Shown piece by piece: positions 10,116 to 18,918 of a stretch of DNA of 59,304 nucleotides. The position numbers and the translations under genes are program-made. Position 1 is the first letter of the stretch; every line of letters starts with the position of its first letter. The DNA is from a virus (taxonomy: Duplodnaviria; Caudoviricetes): positions 1-59,304 of the IMG/VR virus record IMGVR_UViG_3300037264_003947, one strand, 5' to 3'. The notes beneath the pieces are model-generated. The model ran no database searches and had not been told where the DNA came from. It saw only the letters and a list, made by a program, of their open reading frames with translations.

Positions 10116-10631
10116 TCAATCTTTTCCAAAGAGGCTGGCAAGTAATTTTTCAATGTTTCCATAGGTCCCACTGCTAAACGCCAACTTTTCTTTATTTGCT
10201 TCAAACCATTCAAGAGCATTATGCTTGGACTTTTGTGCTTTGCCAGCGCCAATCCAATCACATACCATTTCTTTAATATAAACTTCAGGTATATCAAATA
10301 TTTTTTGGTGTTGCTCACTCTTGTCATCCTTATCAAATGGAAGAACCCAATACTGCCAATGATGTTTATTCTTTCTTGTATGGTTTAACCATGCATATTC
10401 AAACTCTTCATTGCCAGTGTCATATGGTTTGTAATAACCTGTTTCGTCTCTTATGGATTTAATATCCCCATAAAACATTCTAGCATAGGGAAAAAATTCT
10501 TTTGGAGAAAGCTTGCTCAGATCGTGAACTAGCCCTCTCCAAATAATTCCCATTTTGGCACATTCTAAAAAGACATACCATTTATGAGCAAGAACATATT
10601 TCAAGCAGTTTAAATAATTTTTGCACTTCAT
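10116..10631 (-). CDS. HD-like protein (DUF5662-like)
   Basis: HKWYV...HDLSKLSP.EF...WLNH..KNKHHWQYW...EMVCDW. Confidence 0.7.
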   Translation of the reverse strand: MKCKNYLNCLKYVLAHKWYVFLECAKMGIIWRGLVHDLSKLSPKEFFPYARMFYGDIKSIRDETGYYKPYDTGNEEFEYAWLNHTRKNKHHWQYWVLPFDKDDKSEQHQKIFDIPEVYIKEMVCDWIGAGKAQKSKHNALEWFEANKEKLAFSSGTYGNIEKLLASLFGKD

Positions 10632-11011
10632 CCAATTGTTATATCTCTTTTGATAAGACCATTGGCAAGAGTATTGAAAGGAAGAAGCATTGAACCTTCA
10701 AGTAAAGCATTCATGTTTTTAGCACCATCAGGATTGATGGAGTGAATAATAATCTTTGCCTTGCCCAAATCTTTGGTTGATAAAAACTTAGCAAACTTAT
10801 GTCCAGTATTCGCATCTTCGGAACTCATATAGAACTCGCCATCTAGATCGTGGTCTAGTAGAAATAAACTAAATGGCTTGTTTTTCTCAAACATGACTTT
10901 TGCTTCTTCTACATTTTTTGTAACAAAAAGTTCAAAATCACGATTGGAGAAATACCACTTGAAGAACTTGATTCTGTCTGGATTATCTTCTAGTATAAAA
11001 ATCTTTCTCAT
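10628..11011 (-). CDS. Stand-alone receiver-like domain of the cyclic-phosphate-processing type
   Basis: IFILEDNPDR...LDHDL...TG...IIIHSINPDGA. Confidence 0.65.
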   Translation of the reverse strand: MRKIFILEDNPDRIKFFKWYFSNRDFELFVTKNVEEAKVMFEKNKPFSLFLLDHDLDGEFYMSSEDANTGHKFAKFLSTKDLGKAKIIIHSINPDGAKNMNALLEGSMLLPFNTLANGLIKRDITIG

Positions 11012-11260
11012 TTAATTCTTGCTATAAAGAACGGCGTCTACTATCGCCATTATTATCCTTCCATTTTTATCTATTTCTACAATATCTAAATTTGTTCTTC
11101 CAGTAAAAGCTGGCACCATAGTAAGAACGGTGTTTAGGCTGGAAGACTGATCGTCAAAACCTTTTTCGAGAAAGGTATTTTTCATCTTGCAATACATTGC
11201 AGTTAAAAAATAGGGGTCTTTCATAAACCTACTCAAAATTTTCTTTTTCATTTTTATCAC
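11012..11260 (-). CDS. Hypothetical protein
   Basis: 82 aa ORF. Confidence 0.5.
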   Translation of the reverse strand: MIKMKKKILSRFMKDPYFLTAMYCKMKNTFLEKGFDDQSSSLNTVLTMVPAFTGRTNLDIVEIDKNGRIIMAIVDAVLYSKN

Positions 11261-11396
11261 CTTGGCTTTATAGCATATATTCGATATTGACCATTGATTA
11301 AAAGCCGTCTCAATGGATATTTTGCAATGTTTCTGGCATCGCTAAAAAACTCTGCCAAGAAACGAAACCTAAGTCCATAATCACAAAAATTTTCAT

Positions 11397-11729
11397 TCAT
11401 CCGTATAGCTCTTCCCAATGCTTAATTCTATGACAATTAGAACAAAAAATATCACATTTTTCTATTTCTTCCGCAATCTTTTTGATGCTAACATTGGAAG
11501 AACTCATTTCTCCTATACCATTATCTTTTTTAGTTCCATCTCTATGATGAAAATCTAAGCACTGGAATCTATCCTCCCCACAAATAACGCACTTAGATTT
11601 TTTTTTAATTTCAAGAACAAAGTCTCTATTTTTATTTCTTTTTTCTTTTTGTCTTTCTAAATACTTTTCTTTATTTCGTAAATAACTTTCATGTTGTTTT
11701 ATTTTTTGTTTTTCTTTATTTCTAGGCAT
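11397..11729 (-). CDS. HNH endonuclease, tRNA-cluster associated
   Basis: CVICG...LDFHH...KC...CSNCHRIKH; start MPRNK at 11729 with AGGAG SD (the ORF-track start overlaps a tRNA). Confidence 0.85.
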   Translation of the reverse strand: MPRNKEKQKIKQHESYLRNKEKYLERQKEKRNKNRDFVLEIKKKSKCVICGEDRFQCLDFHHRDGTKKDNGIGEMSSSNVSIKKIAEEIEKCDIFCSNCHRIKHWEELYG

Positions 11730-11755
11730 ATAGAACTCCTTGTGTTCTATATGCC
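11725..11755 (-). promoter_or_regulatory. Hairpin sequestering the SD and ATG of the HNH gene
   Basis: Perfect 12-bp inverted repeat GGCATATAGAAC-ACAAGGA-GTTCTATATGCC. Confidence 0.75.
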
Positions 11756-11770
11756 ATATATGATTCGAAC

Positions 11771-11843
11771 TAGGGGTAGAGGGAATCGAACCCCCAATCA
11801 ACAGATTAGAAATCTGATGCCTTATCCGTTAGGCCATACCCCC
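11771..11843 (-). tRNA. tRNA-Arg(TCT)
   Basis: Cloverleaf GGGGGTA/TACCCCT, loop TT-TCT-AA, T-loop TTCGATT; no CCA. Confidence 0.9.
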
Positions 11844-11849
11844 AAATTG

Positions 11850-12059
11850 TTATTCCTTCATTTGAAGGATTAATGCCTCATAAACCATGCGTGGAGTTAG
11901 AACAAAAGCATCAATTCCTTCTGGATGATTTGGCCCTACGGTACAATCCCTTTTAAATGGACCATAATAAACAGTGGCATTTTTTCCCTGCTTATTTAGT
12001 TCATTAACCTTATCATAGATTTCTGTAAGGGTTCCAATAAAAGTAAATCGCTTTTCCAT
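11850..12059 (-). CDS. Hypothetical protein between tRNAs
   Basis: MEKRFTF... start after an AAGGAAG SD; the ORF-track start overlaps a tRNA. Confidence 0.55.
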   Translation of the reverse strand: MEKRFTFIGTLTEIYDKVNELNKQGKNATVYYGPFKRDCTVGPNHPEGIDAFVLTPRMVYEALILQMKE

Positions 12060-12071
12060 ATTAACTTCCTT

Positions 12072-12143
12072 TTGGGGCAGATGGATTCGAACCACCGCGT
12101 GCAAGCTTCAGAGACTCGCGCCTTACCACTTGGCCATGCCCCA
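12072..12143 (-). tRNA. tRNA-Gln(CTG)
   Basis: TGGGGCA/TGCCCCA acceptor, loop CT-CTG-AA, TTCGAAT. Confidence 0.9.
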
Positions 12144-12148
12144 TAGCA

Positions 12149-12221
12149 TTGTCCCGGAACGGTTCGAACGTTCGACCTTGAGCTTCAAAGACTCCAACTC
12201 TACCAGCTGAGCTACGGGACA
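12149..12221 (-). tRNA. tRNA-Gln(TTG)
   Basis: TGTCCCG/CGGGACA acceptor, loop CT-TTG-AA, TTCGAAC. Confidence 0.88.
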
Positions 12222-12242
12222 CAATTATATCTTCACAAATAT

Positions 12243-12271
12243 ATTATAACGGATTTATTATTTTTCGTCAA
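12243..12271 (-). promoter_or_regulatory. Sigma70-type promoter for the tRNA-Gln pair
   Basis: TTGACG-17 bp-TATAAT. Confidence 0.75.
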
Positions 12272-12450
12272 TCGCTTGCAAGATCTTTTGGTTTTCTTGC
12301 TGTAGCGTGACAGGAATCACACTCTGCCTGTGGAGTTAGCTTACCATGAGCAAATCTGGAGACAACTTTTACGATTCCACCACAACGACAAAGATTAGTC
12401 TTTGTCTTTACGTTATGGCCTACTTTTGCCTGACCCTTTGGGACGTTCAT
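12268..12450 (-). CDS. Small zinc-ribbon protein
   Basis: CRCGG...CDSC. Confidence 0.5.
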   Translation of the reverse strand: MNVPKGQAKVGHNVKTKTNLCRCGGIVKVVSRFAHGKLTPQAECDSCHATARKPKDLASD

Positions 12451-12588
12451 TTACAATCACTTCCTTCCTAACTGGTTTCTTTACTAAACGATACTTAATC
12501 AAAATATACATTAATCCAAGTGTCTCAATGATAGAAATAATACACAGCGCTATAAAAGCAACTGTAAAAATACCATCTAAATTTTGCA

Positions 12589-12759
12589 TTACTTTTTACT
12601 AGGAAGACAGGCCACTACGATTAGGCCAATAATGCCCAAGAAAAATCCCCAGCAAAAACCACCACCTGGACTTCTTCCCTTCTCCTTACTAATATATCTA
12701 GTAATAAGACCAAGACCAACCCAAACCGCTAGCGAAATAACCCAAACCAATGGCTCCAT
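12589..12759 (-). CDS. Small two-TM membrane protein (below the ORF-track cutoff)
   Basis: MEPLVWVISLAVWVGLGLITRYISKEKGRSPGGGFCWGFFLGIIGLIVVACLPSKK with AGGAG SD. Confidence 0.65.
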   Translation of the reverse strand: MEPLVWVISLAVWVGLGLITRYISKEKGRSPGGGFCWGFFLGIIGLIVVACLPSKK

Positions 12760-12894
12760 TTTAAACTCCTATCTCTTTGGCTTTTCGTAAGCTTTTGAAT
12801 TTACTTTTGGACGCCTTAGAACAGCTCCAACGCCAATTATAATAATTACCAATGCAATTGAAAAACCTATTAAACCATTCATTTTACTTACCTC

Positions 12895-12966
12895 TGAGGC
12901 CACCAGGGTTCGAACCTGGGCATGGAAGATTAAAAGTCTCCTGGCTTACCACTTGCCTATGACCCC
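12895..12966 (-). tRNA. tRNA-Lys(TTT)
   Basis: GGGGTCA/TGGCCTC, loop CT-TTT-AA, TTCGAAC. Confidence 0.88.
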
Positions 12967-13103
12967 AATTTCATGACGACCCGTAAAGAACGACACTTAG
13001 GACAAAAGTATTCTATCCATTTCAAGCCTTCGCTCTTTTTGATCATTTCACGATTGCACTTGTCATTAGGGCAATTCATAAGCTCCTCCTTTTTAAAAGA
13101 ATT

Positions 13104-13430
13104 TTAACCTCTATGAGAATCTATATCTACCGTAAAGCGCATGTTAGGATCAGCACTCTCGCCAGTTAGAATAGCAATTACGTCAACGTCTCTAATGAGA
13201 ACGTATTCCTTCTTGCCTTCCTTACGGCGAATCATTGCTCCATAAGCATTAACAGCAACCTTCATTCCAGACTTTAGGTCTCTATCTTTTACATAGGGAC
13301 CAACAGAAACTATAGTTCCCTCAAACTGCTTTTCAGGCATAATCTTTGGGGGGATAATAATTCCATTAATCATCTTCTCTTCGTTTCCCTCTTGCTCTAT
13401 CACCAAATAATTCTGTAACGGAATAATCAT
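13104..13430 (-). CDS. groES: Co-chaperonin GroES/Cpn10-like
   Basis: IPLQNYLVI...GIIIP...EGTIVSVGP...LKSG..V...YVLIRDVDVIAIL. Confidence 0.85.
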   Translation of the reverse strand: MIIPLQNYLVIEQEGNEEKMINGIIIPPKIMPEKQFEGTIVSVGPYVKDRDLKSGMKVAVNAYGAMIRRKEGKKEYVLIRDVDVIAILTGESADPNMRFTVDIDSHRG

Positions 13431-13451
13431 AAATGCTCCTTTTAAATTATA

Positions 13452-13523
13452 TACGGGATGTAAGATTTGAACTTACGACTTTTACGGTGTAAACGTAACA
13501 CTCTACCGCTGAGTTAATCCCGC
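13452..13523 (-). tRNA. tRNA-Val(TAC)
   Basis: GCGGGAT/ATCCCGT, loop TT-TAC-AC, TTCAAAT. Confidence 0.9.
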
Positions 13524-13724
13524 ATTAAACAACTATCGTATTCAAAAAATCTTCTAATGTCCAAGCATAACGATGTATGTATGTATAATGATTCTTGTAT
13601 TCTGTTGGTTTCTGTTTTGTTTCGAGCCCTATTCTTAATTCTCCTGCTATTTTTTTACCGTAAGTAAAAAATCTTTTAGTAAATAGACCGTGTATAAGCA
13701 ATACTTTGTTTGTCATAAAAATAT

Positions 13725-13797
13725 TGGGAGTATCTGGATTTGATCCAGTTTTCATGGTTTATAAGACCAATGAGAACACCGTCCTCAACCTACTCCC
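13725..13797 (-). tRNA. Atypical tRNA-Ile(TAT)
   Basis: GGGAGTA/TACTCCC acceptor, loop CT-TAT-AA, non-canonical T-loop ATCAAAT. Confidence 0.65.
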
Positions 13798-14210
13798 TTG
13801 TTTGTTCTACCCCTAAATCTATAATTCTTATCAATTGCCGAATGACAATTTGGGCAAACAATTAAAAGATTTTCTCTTTTATTATTTTTATTGTCATCAT
13901 CTATATGATGAATTTCTAACCAAATTTGTTTTCCCAACCATTCATTGTTCTTACAAACTTCACAAGAATTTTTAGCTTCTTCAAGTAAAACCTTTCTCCT
14001 AAATTTAGGACTTAGTTTCTCATATAATCCTAGTTCTAAATAACTTTCATTGTTTACCCTGTGTCTCTCTACAGTTTTTTCCGTAGATTTTTTTCTATCT
14101 TCTTCTGTGAAGACATGTCCTCCACGATAAACGTGAGTTCTTCCCTTTAAGGATTCTCTTATCTTATTTTTAGTCTCTTCTGTATGTTTAAAACCAATTT
14201 CTCTAGACAT
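13785..14210 (-). CDS. HNH endonuclease with NUMOD3-like motif
   Basis: GFKHTEETKNKIRESLKG; CEVC..W....LEIHHID...NKRENL..CPNCH; probable ATG at 14210. Confidence 0.87.
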   Translation of the reverse strand: MSREIGFKHTEETKNKIRESLKGRTHVYRGGHVFTEEDRKKSTEKTVERHRVNNESYLELGLYEKLSPKFRRKVLLEEAKNSCEVCKNNEWLGKQIWLEIHHIDDDNKNNKRENLLIVCPNCHSAIDKNYRFRGRTNKGVG

Positions 14211-14224
14211 TAACCTTATATTAC

Positions 14225-14253
14225 ATTTTACAATATATATCAATTTCTGTCAA
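14225..14253 (-). promoter_or_regulatory. Sigma70-type promoter
   Basis: TTGACA-17 bp-TAAAAT. Confidence 0.75.
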
Positions 14254-14264
14254 TTTATTTTACG

Positions 14265-14339
14265 CCAGAGTAGCGGGGTTCGAACCCACAAGTCGTCGCG
14301 TTCGTAGCGCGAAATTTTATCCATTTAAACTATACTCTG
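14265..14339 (-). tRNA. tRNA-Arg(ACG)
   Basis: CAGAGTA/TACTCTG, TCGCG-CT-ACG-AA-CGCGA, TTCGAAC. Confidence 0.9.
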
Positions 14340-14447
14340 ATAAAGCTCTTCTTTATACCACTAGATATAAGACACGCTTTAAAAATAGAACTTCTTCCAG
14401 ATTGAATAAGTGCTATTAAATAAAGCACTTTAATATTTACTAGTTTA

Positions 14448-14729
14448 TCATACATTATCTTTAATAAAAAACCTTCCATTTTCGCAAAGAACTGTTATAA
14501 TTTTTCCATCCAACAATCTCACTAGAAATTTTTTATACTTATACTCTTCGAAGATTTCAGAGCAAGTAAATGTTTTGCCAGAATCTGGTTCCTCAAATTC
14601 CGCAACTAATCCTTCGAAGGCATCGGGCGACCCAGCTATTTGCTTGGGTGCCCGCTTAAACGCCAATTTCAAATGATCTAAATTACTAAATCTAGTAAAA
14701 CTCGGTTGCACAAAAAGTTTTAGAGTCAT
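14448..14729 (-). CDS. Hypothetical protein
   Basis: 93 aa ORF. Confidence 0.55.
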   Translation of the reverse strand: MTLKLFVQPSFTRFSNLDHLKLAFKRAPKQIAGSPDAFEGLVAEFEEPDSGKTFTCSEIFEEYKYKKFLVRLLDGKIITVLCENGRFFIKDNV

Positions 14730-14764
14730 AAATTTTTCCTGAATTTTATTTTATCTTATCAAGT

Positions 14765-15610
14765 TCATTTGCTAGCAGTAGCAATAATTTCCCAGTTCTT
14801 GAAAGCATAATAATATTCAAGAATACTCTTTAAATCACCAGACTTATAGTTAGCTTCTGGAATTTCACCTTTACCATCTTCCCAATACTTAGCTATTATT
14901 TGATTTTCGTCATGGTTGAGAAGAGCAAAAATAACCCAGTCTTCACGGTTATTAAAAGTTCTCATTAAATCATCCATACGAGCAACAAGCAATCTTAAGC
15001 TTTCGGTTGGATTTTGTAAAGTTTCTCTTCCTTTATACGCCACTCTTAATGCCTGATTTTCTTTTACTATAGGTAAGTTAGCAATTTGCTGTCCCTCTAC
15101 CGTAAAGAAACCAGAAATACCAGTTTGATAATTATCGCTAAAACTTGGATTATAATTTGTCTTAACTCTCATATACGCGAGAGGCAAGAAAAAGTTTACA
15201 GAATTAACTGTATAAATTGCGTCATGATAAGTATTGAAAGCTAGTAAAAGTTGTTCATCGCTCATTTTTTGGCTTAGTGGAGAAGCCACTGTATAATATT
15301 TTATAATTTCATAGAACCTACTTCTCAACTTCTCTTTTCTCTCATTGATTGAAAGTCGTTCCCAACTATTTGCTGTTTCAATCTGTGAGCGAGAATCAAT
15401 TATCTCTCTCGTATTTTCTATATAATTTTTATAAAGTGCGTCTGCTGTTCTCTTATTAAAATAAACACCTAAACCCATAGCGGTAACAAACACTATTATT
15501 AATGCCACCATTATACCAACTAAACGTTGTGGTAATGTTTCTGGTTTAAGCTTACTTATAAAGTTATTCACTGCATTACCCTCTACTACATGTGTAATTT
15601 TTTTCTTCAT
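14765..15610 (-). CDS. Membrane-anchored protein with a degenerate lytic-transglycosylase-like domain
   Basis: One N-terminal TM; LAYMRVKTNYNP and LQNPTESLRL..RMDDLMRTF..DWVIFAL resemble SLT motifs but lack the catalytic Glu. Confidence 0.45.
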   Translation of the reverse strand: MKKKITHVVEGNAVNNFISKLKPETLPQRLVGIMVALIIVFVTAMGLGVYFNKRTADALYKNYIENTREIIDSRSQIETANSWERLSINERKEKLRSRFYEIIKYYTVASPLSQKMSDEQLLLAFNTYHDAIYTVNSVNFFLPLAYMRVKTNYNPSFSDNYQTGISGFFTVEGQQIANLPIVKENQALRVAYKGRETLQNPTESLRLLVARMDDLMRTFNNREDWVIFALLNHDENQIIAKYWEDGKGEIPEANYKSGDLKSILEYYYAFKNWEIIATASK

Positions 15611-15614
15611 ACTT

Positions 15615-16364
15615 TTATCCTCTTAATCTATCTGTCGCAATCTGTATATATTTATCGTCTATATCAAAACCGATAAATTGTCTGTCTAAATCTTTTGCTA
15701 CTTTAAGTGTAGTGCCACAACCAGCAAATGGATCTAGAACTACATCGCCTTTATAGCTAAACATTTTAATCAATCTTCTAGGTAATTCTTCTGGAAACAT
15801 TGCTGGGTGTCCAAATTTTTTCATTTTTGTTTCTGGAGGAAAACTCCAAAGAGCAAGAGAGTTAGTTATAAACTCTTCTCTCGTTAAATCGCTCTCTCCT
15901 TTATGTATGAGTTTGCGACTGTTCTTATAGAAAACAAGTATGTATTCGAAAGGAGTAGGAAAAGAAGGACTTGATGGCGAAAGCCAACTACCCCAGCTAG
16001 TCCTATTGCTTACTTGAGATTTATTCCAAATTATTGTAGTGAAAGGTTTGTAACCAATGTCTATTAGAAACGAGGAAATGAAAACACTTGTTGGTATTGA
16101 ACCATTTTGCTGATCGCCAATATTTATACAAACACGGCCATCATCGGTGAGCTTATCCCATAGAGCAGTAAAAATACTTCTCAGCCAAGCAATATATTCT
16201 AGAAAATCTTTATCATCTTTATATGTATTATAGATGATTTTCTTTTTCTTCGCAGTATTGCCTAAATTATAAGGTGGGGAAGTTACACACAAATGAATAG
16301 AACTGTTTGGAAGGGAAGAAATCCCTTCCAAACAGTCCATCTTGTAAATGGAGTTTGGCTCCAT
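15615..16364 (-). CDS. DNA amino-methyltransferase, beta class, probably m4C
   Basis: VTSPPYN catalytic motif before HPAMFP and VLDPFAGCGTT. Confidence 0.9.
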   Translation of the reverse strand: MEPNSIYKMDCLEGISSLPNSSIHLCVTSPPYNLGNTAKKKKIIYNTYKDDKDFLEYIAWLRSIFTALWDKLTDDGRVCINIGDQQNGSIPTSVFISSFLIDIGYKPFTTIIWNKSQVSNRTSWGSWLSPSSPSFPTPFEYILVFYKNSRKLIHKGESDLTREEFITNSLALWSFPPETKMKKFGHPAMFPEELPRRLIKMFSYKGDVVLDPFAGCGTTLKVAKDLDRQFIGFDIDDKYIQIATDRLRG

Positions 16365-16798
16365 TACTTATCCTTGAAATATCTGAATGCTCTGTCCTGC
16401 ATTTCTCTCAAGCCGTCTAGCACCGCCGCTAACTTTGGCAGTCCACTAGTTGCGACATTGCCAATATGCTCGGATTCACCGAAATACTTGTTCTCAATAG
16501 TGTAATCCAAGAACTTAGCAATCCAGTAGTCTACTCCACGCATTGCTCTGCCAGCCGCTCGCTTTATGGCTTCCTCTCTGTCCCATGTGTCAATGTTATG
16601 GCACAAGCTCCAGCCGATACGATCCCTACCCAAAGCTACTATAACGCCAAACGGTCTGCCTTTCTGCTTTCCGTCAGTTGGAGTGGTTGGATCTGTCTTT
16701 GGGGCGTTTCTCCGCAAGTAGTTAACAAGTATTGGATACTTCTTACCACTGATAGTCACTGCGGAGCAATTGTCCATTTCCACTTTAAAATTAGGCAT
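16364..16798 (-). CDS. Hypothetical phage protein
   Basis: 144 aa with GGAGG SD; GWSLCH..D.WD....A.GRA. Confidence 0.65.
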   Translation of the reverse strand: MPNFKVEMDNCSAVTISGKKYPILVNYLRRNAPKTDPTTPTDGKQKGRPFGVIVALGRDRIGWSLCHNIDTWDREEAIKRAAGRAMRGVDYWIAKFLDYTIENKYFGESEHIGNVATSGLPKLAAVLDGLREMQDRAFRYFKDK

Positions 16799-16818
16799 AT
16801 TGCCTCCTATAAAAATTT

Positions 16819-16841
16819 ATAGGGGGTTTAGAACCCCCTAT
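16819..16841. terminator. Hairpin downstream of the Ro60 gene
   Basis: ATAGGGGGTT-TAG-AACCCCCTAT. Confidence 0.65.
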
Positions 16842-16847
16842 TAAAAA

Positions 16848-18440
16848 CTAGAGATTTCCATTTGCGATCATCTGGATAAATCGTGGAGTCTCAGAGGAGA
16901 AACCAGCGATATCGTAGGACTTGTTATCCTTTGGATCGCTCAAAGAACTTCTATCGGAATAAGGAGTAAGAACAACGTAGATGATTTTCGCATCAGCGTT
17001 AATCGTGTCCCTATACTTCTTCATCAAGGTAACAGGTTGCTTGCCCTGCCAGTTCTGTCCATCAGTCCAAATCACAAGGTTATCAGCCTTGAGCTTGTTG
17101 TCGATGGCAAACTGAATTGCACTTTCAACGTCAGTTCCAGCAGGAGTCATTGGCATGAAGCCACGGCTCAAAGCTTCCTTGAAAGAGGTCGTCTTTCGAA
17201 GCTTTGGAAAATCGCTCGTTGTGGTCGTAAAGGCAGAAGTAAAGTAATACTTCTCTGCCTTGATCGTAGCAAGAGCCATGATCGTAGCGACCTCGGAAGG
17301 TGTCATCCACATCGTCTCCAAAGGAGCAGTCTGCATAGAGCCAGAAACGTCGATTGAATGATAGAATACCTTGTTGGTTGGCTCAAGAGCAGTGAAAGCC
17401 TCTTCAACCGCCTTCTCAAGAATATCCTCGACAACTGGATGAGCAACCCAAGTCAACTGAGAACGACCAAGAGTTCCACTAGCAGAGTAAATCTTGTAGG
17501 CAGAAACGATGTTGATAGGGTGAACCCTACCCTTCACCAATCTCTCTTTCGTGAACTTCTCTTCAAGAACCTTGAGGTTCTCAATGTTGGTGAAAATACC
17601 CTTGTTAGTCAAATTGGCCAAGTTACGCAAAGTAGCCGTAATAGGCATCTTGGTGAAAAGAGCTTCCCAAATACCCTTGGTTCGTGCTACGTTTGCTGGA
17701 ATCATTTCCTGAGTCAAACCGAAATCAAGGATTGCCTTGATGACATCTGCCTCTTTCATATTTCCAGTCTTGAGAGACTCATAAATCCCGATGAGAGGAA
17801 GAGTCTCAATAGAAGCCTTCTTATCAGCCATCCAAGCAAACAGATTGCTTTCGGATGCATCCCGTGGAACTGGCTTGATCTTCCGAAGAACATCACGACC
17901 AGCCCAATTGTATCTGCTCTGATACTTGAGGAACTGATACTCAAGGCCCTTTACATCATGAGACGTAATCCACTTCTCGACTGCGGAATGAATAAGTCTA
18001 CCAAAGCCACGAAGGCCCTTGGTATACTCAAGGAACTCATAAAGGTGAGAAGCGGTTCTCACAATCTTATTGAAGATCTGTGAGAAATAAACCTTTGCAT
18101 CAATACCTCCCATAGAGAGATAAACAAGAGCAAGCAAAGGCGTGTGGTTATTGATTCCATGATCACTTGCGTAAACGATTTCGTCCGCAACGACCTTTGG
18201 ATCTTTTGCAACCATGCAGGAAAGAATCTTGACGTTTTCAGTCGTCAACTCTTCCTTACCCTGATAGAAAAGGTTATTCTCAGAGCCAGTCAAGAGCCAG
18301 CGTCTAAGAGCCGTGAGGTCATCGGCCACGAAAGCCTTACCCCCAGCCATGTTCTCAGTCATTTCAGCCTCTCGGCCAGGAATAACCTGAGTAGCAAGAA
18401 CATCCTTCTTCTTTGTGTGGAACGTGTAGCCAGACTTCAT
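16848..18440 (-). CDS. rsr: Ro60-related RNA-binding protein (TROVE + vWA)
   Basis: N.AGG.AF, LRRWLLTGS, KYQSRYNW..RDVLR, MPITATLRNL, RVHPI, vWA DVSGSM and TD MIDAS residues, DIAGFS. Confidence 0.93.
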   Translation of the reverse strand: MKSGYTFHTKKKDVLATQVIPGREAEMTENMAGGKAFVADDLTALRRWLLTGSENNLFYQGKEELTTENVKILSCMVAKDPKVVADEIVYASDHGINNHTPLLALVYLSMGGIDAKVYFSQIFNKIVRTASHLYEFLEYTKGLRGFGRLIHSAVEKWITSHDVKGLEYQFLKYQSRYNWAGRDVLRKIKPVPRDASESNLFAWMADKKASIETLPLIGIYESLKTGNMKEADVIKAILDFGLTQEMIPANVARTKGIWEALFTKMPITATLRNLANLTNKGIFTNIENLKVLEEKFTKERLVKGRVHPINIVSAYKIYSASGTLGRSQLTWVAHPVVEDILEKAVEEAFTALEPTNKVFYHSIDVSGSMQTAPLETMWMTPSEVATIMALATIKAEKYYFTSAFTTTTSDFPKLRKTTSFKEALSRGFMPMTPAGTDVESAIQFAIDNKLKADNLVIWTDGQNWQGKQPVTLMKKYRDTINADAKIIYVVLTPYSDRSSLSDPKDNKSYDIAGFSSETPRFIQMIANGNL

Positions 18441-18474
18441 TTTCAGCTACCTCCTTGATAGAATTTGTGAGATA

Positions 18475-18503
18475 ATTATACTAAATTTTTTGTTTTTTGT
18501 AAA
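18475..18503 (-). promoter_or_regulatory. Sigma70-type promoter for Ro60
   Basis: TTTACA-17 bp-TATAAT. Confidence 0.7.
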
Positions 18504-18511
18504 GAGAAAAC

Positions 18512-18573
18512 AGGGAACAAGTTTTTATCCAAAGGCTGCTTTTTCATAGTTAACCTTTAGAATTCAGTTCTCT
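18512..18573 (-). ncRNA. Y RNA-like element 7 (minimal, ~62 nt)
   Basis: AGAGAACTGA...GGTTAAC...CTTGTTCCCT terminal stem. Confidence 0.65.
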
Positions 18574-18592
18574 TTATTTAAGCAAAAAAAGT

Positions 18593-18759
18593 GCGGGAAC
18601 CAGGGCAACAAGAAAACGAATAATGATAAGCTTCATGATGATGGATGAATCTTATATCATTGCTGCTTTTTAAACCATGAAAAAGACTAGCGAAAACATA
18701 TCCTTAAATGCATCATTGGCTTCTAATGAATTTGTTAACGTCTTCTAGTCAGTTCCCGC
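18593..18759 (-). ncRNA. Y RNA-like element 6 (long, not tRNA-like)
   Basis: GCGGGAACTGA...CGTTAAC...CTGGTTCCCGC terminal stem. Confidence 0.65.
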
Positions 18760-18774
18760 TAAAGTTTCAAAGAA

Positions 18775-18840
18775 AACGAACAAGAAATTGTCGATAGGCA
18801 CTAACTTTACAAATGTTAACCTAAAGACGAGCAGTTCGTT
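18775..18840 (-). ncRNA. Y RNA-like element 5 (minimal)
   Basis: AACGAACTGC...GGTTAAC...CTTGTTCGTT. Confidence 0.62.
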
Positions 18841-18841
18841 A

Positions 18842-18912
18842 AGCGACCAACGGGAGTCGGACCCGTTTGTAAACCTTGGCAAGGTTTCATAATACCGTTA
18901 TATCATGGTCGC
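18842..18912 (-). tRNA. tRNA-Gly(GCC) inside the Y RNA array
   Basis: GCGACCA/TGGTCGC, AAACC-TT-GCC-AA-GGTTT, variant T-loop TCCGACT, U73. Confidence 0.82.
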
Positions 18913-18918
18913 AAAAAA

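Noticed and set aside
9959-10336. 125 aa ORF at full length
   Set aside because: The N-terminal part overlaps the DUF5662-like gene in another frame; only the last ~55 codons are plausibly a gene
17037-18458. Plus-strand ORFs 17037, 17358 and 18144
   Set aside because: Antisense shadows of the Ro60 gene
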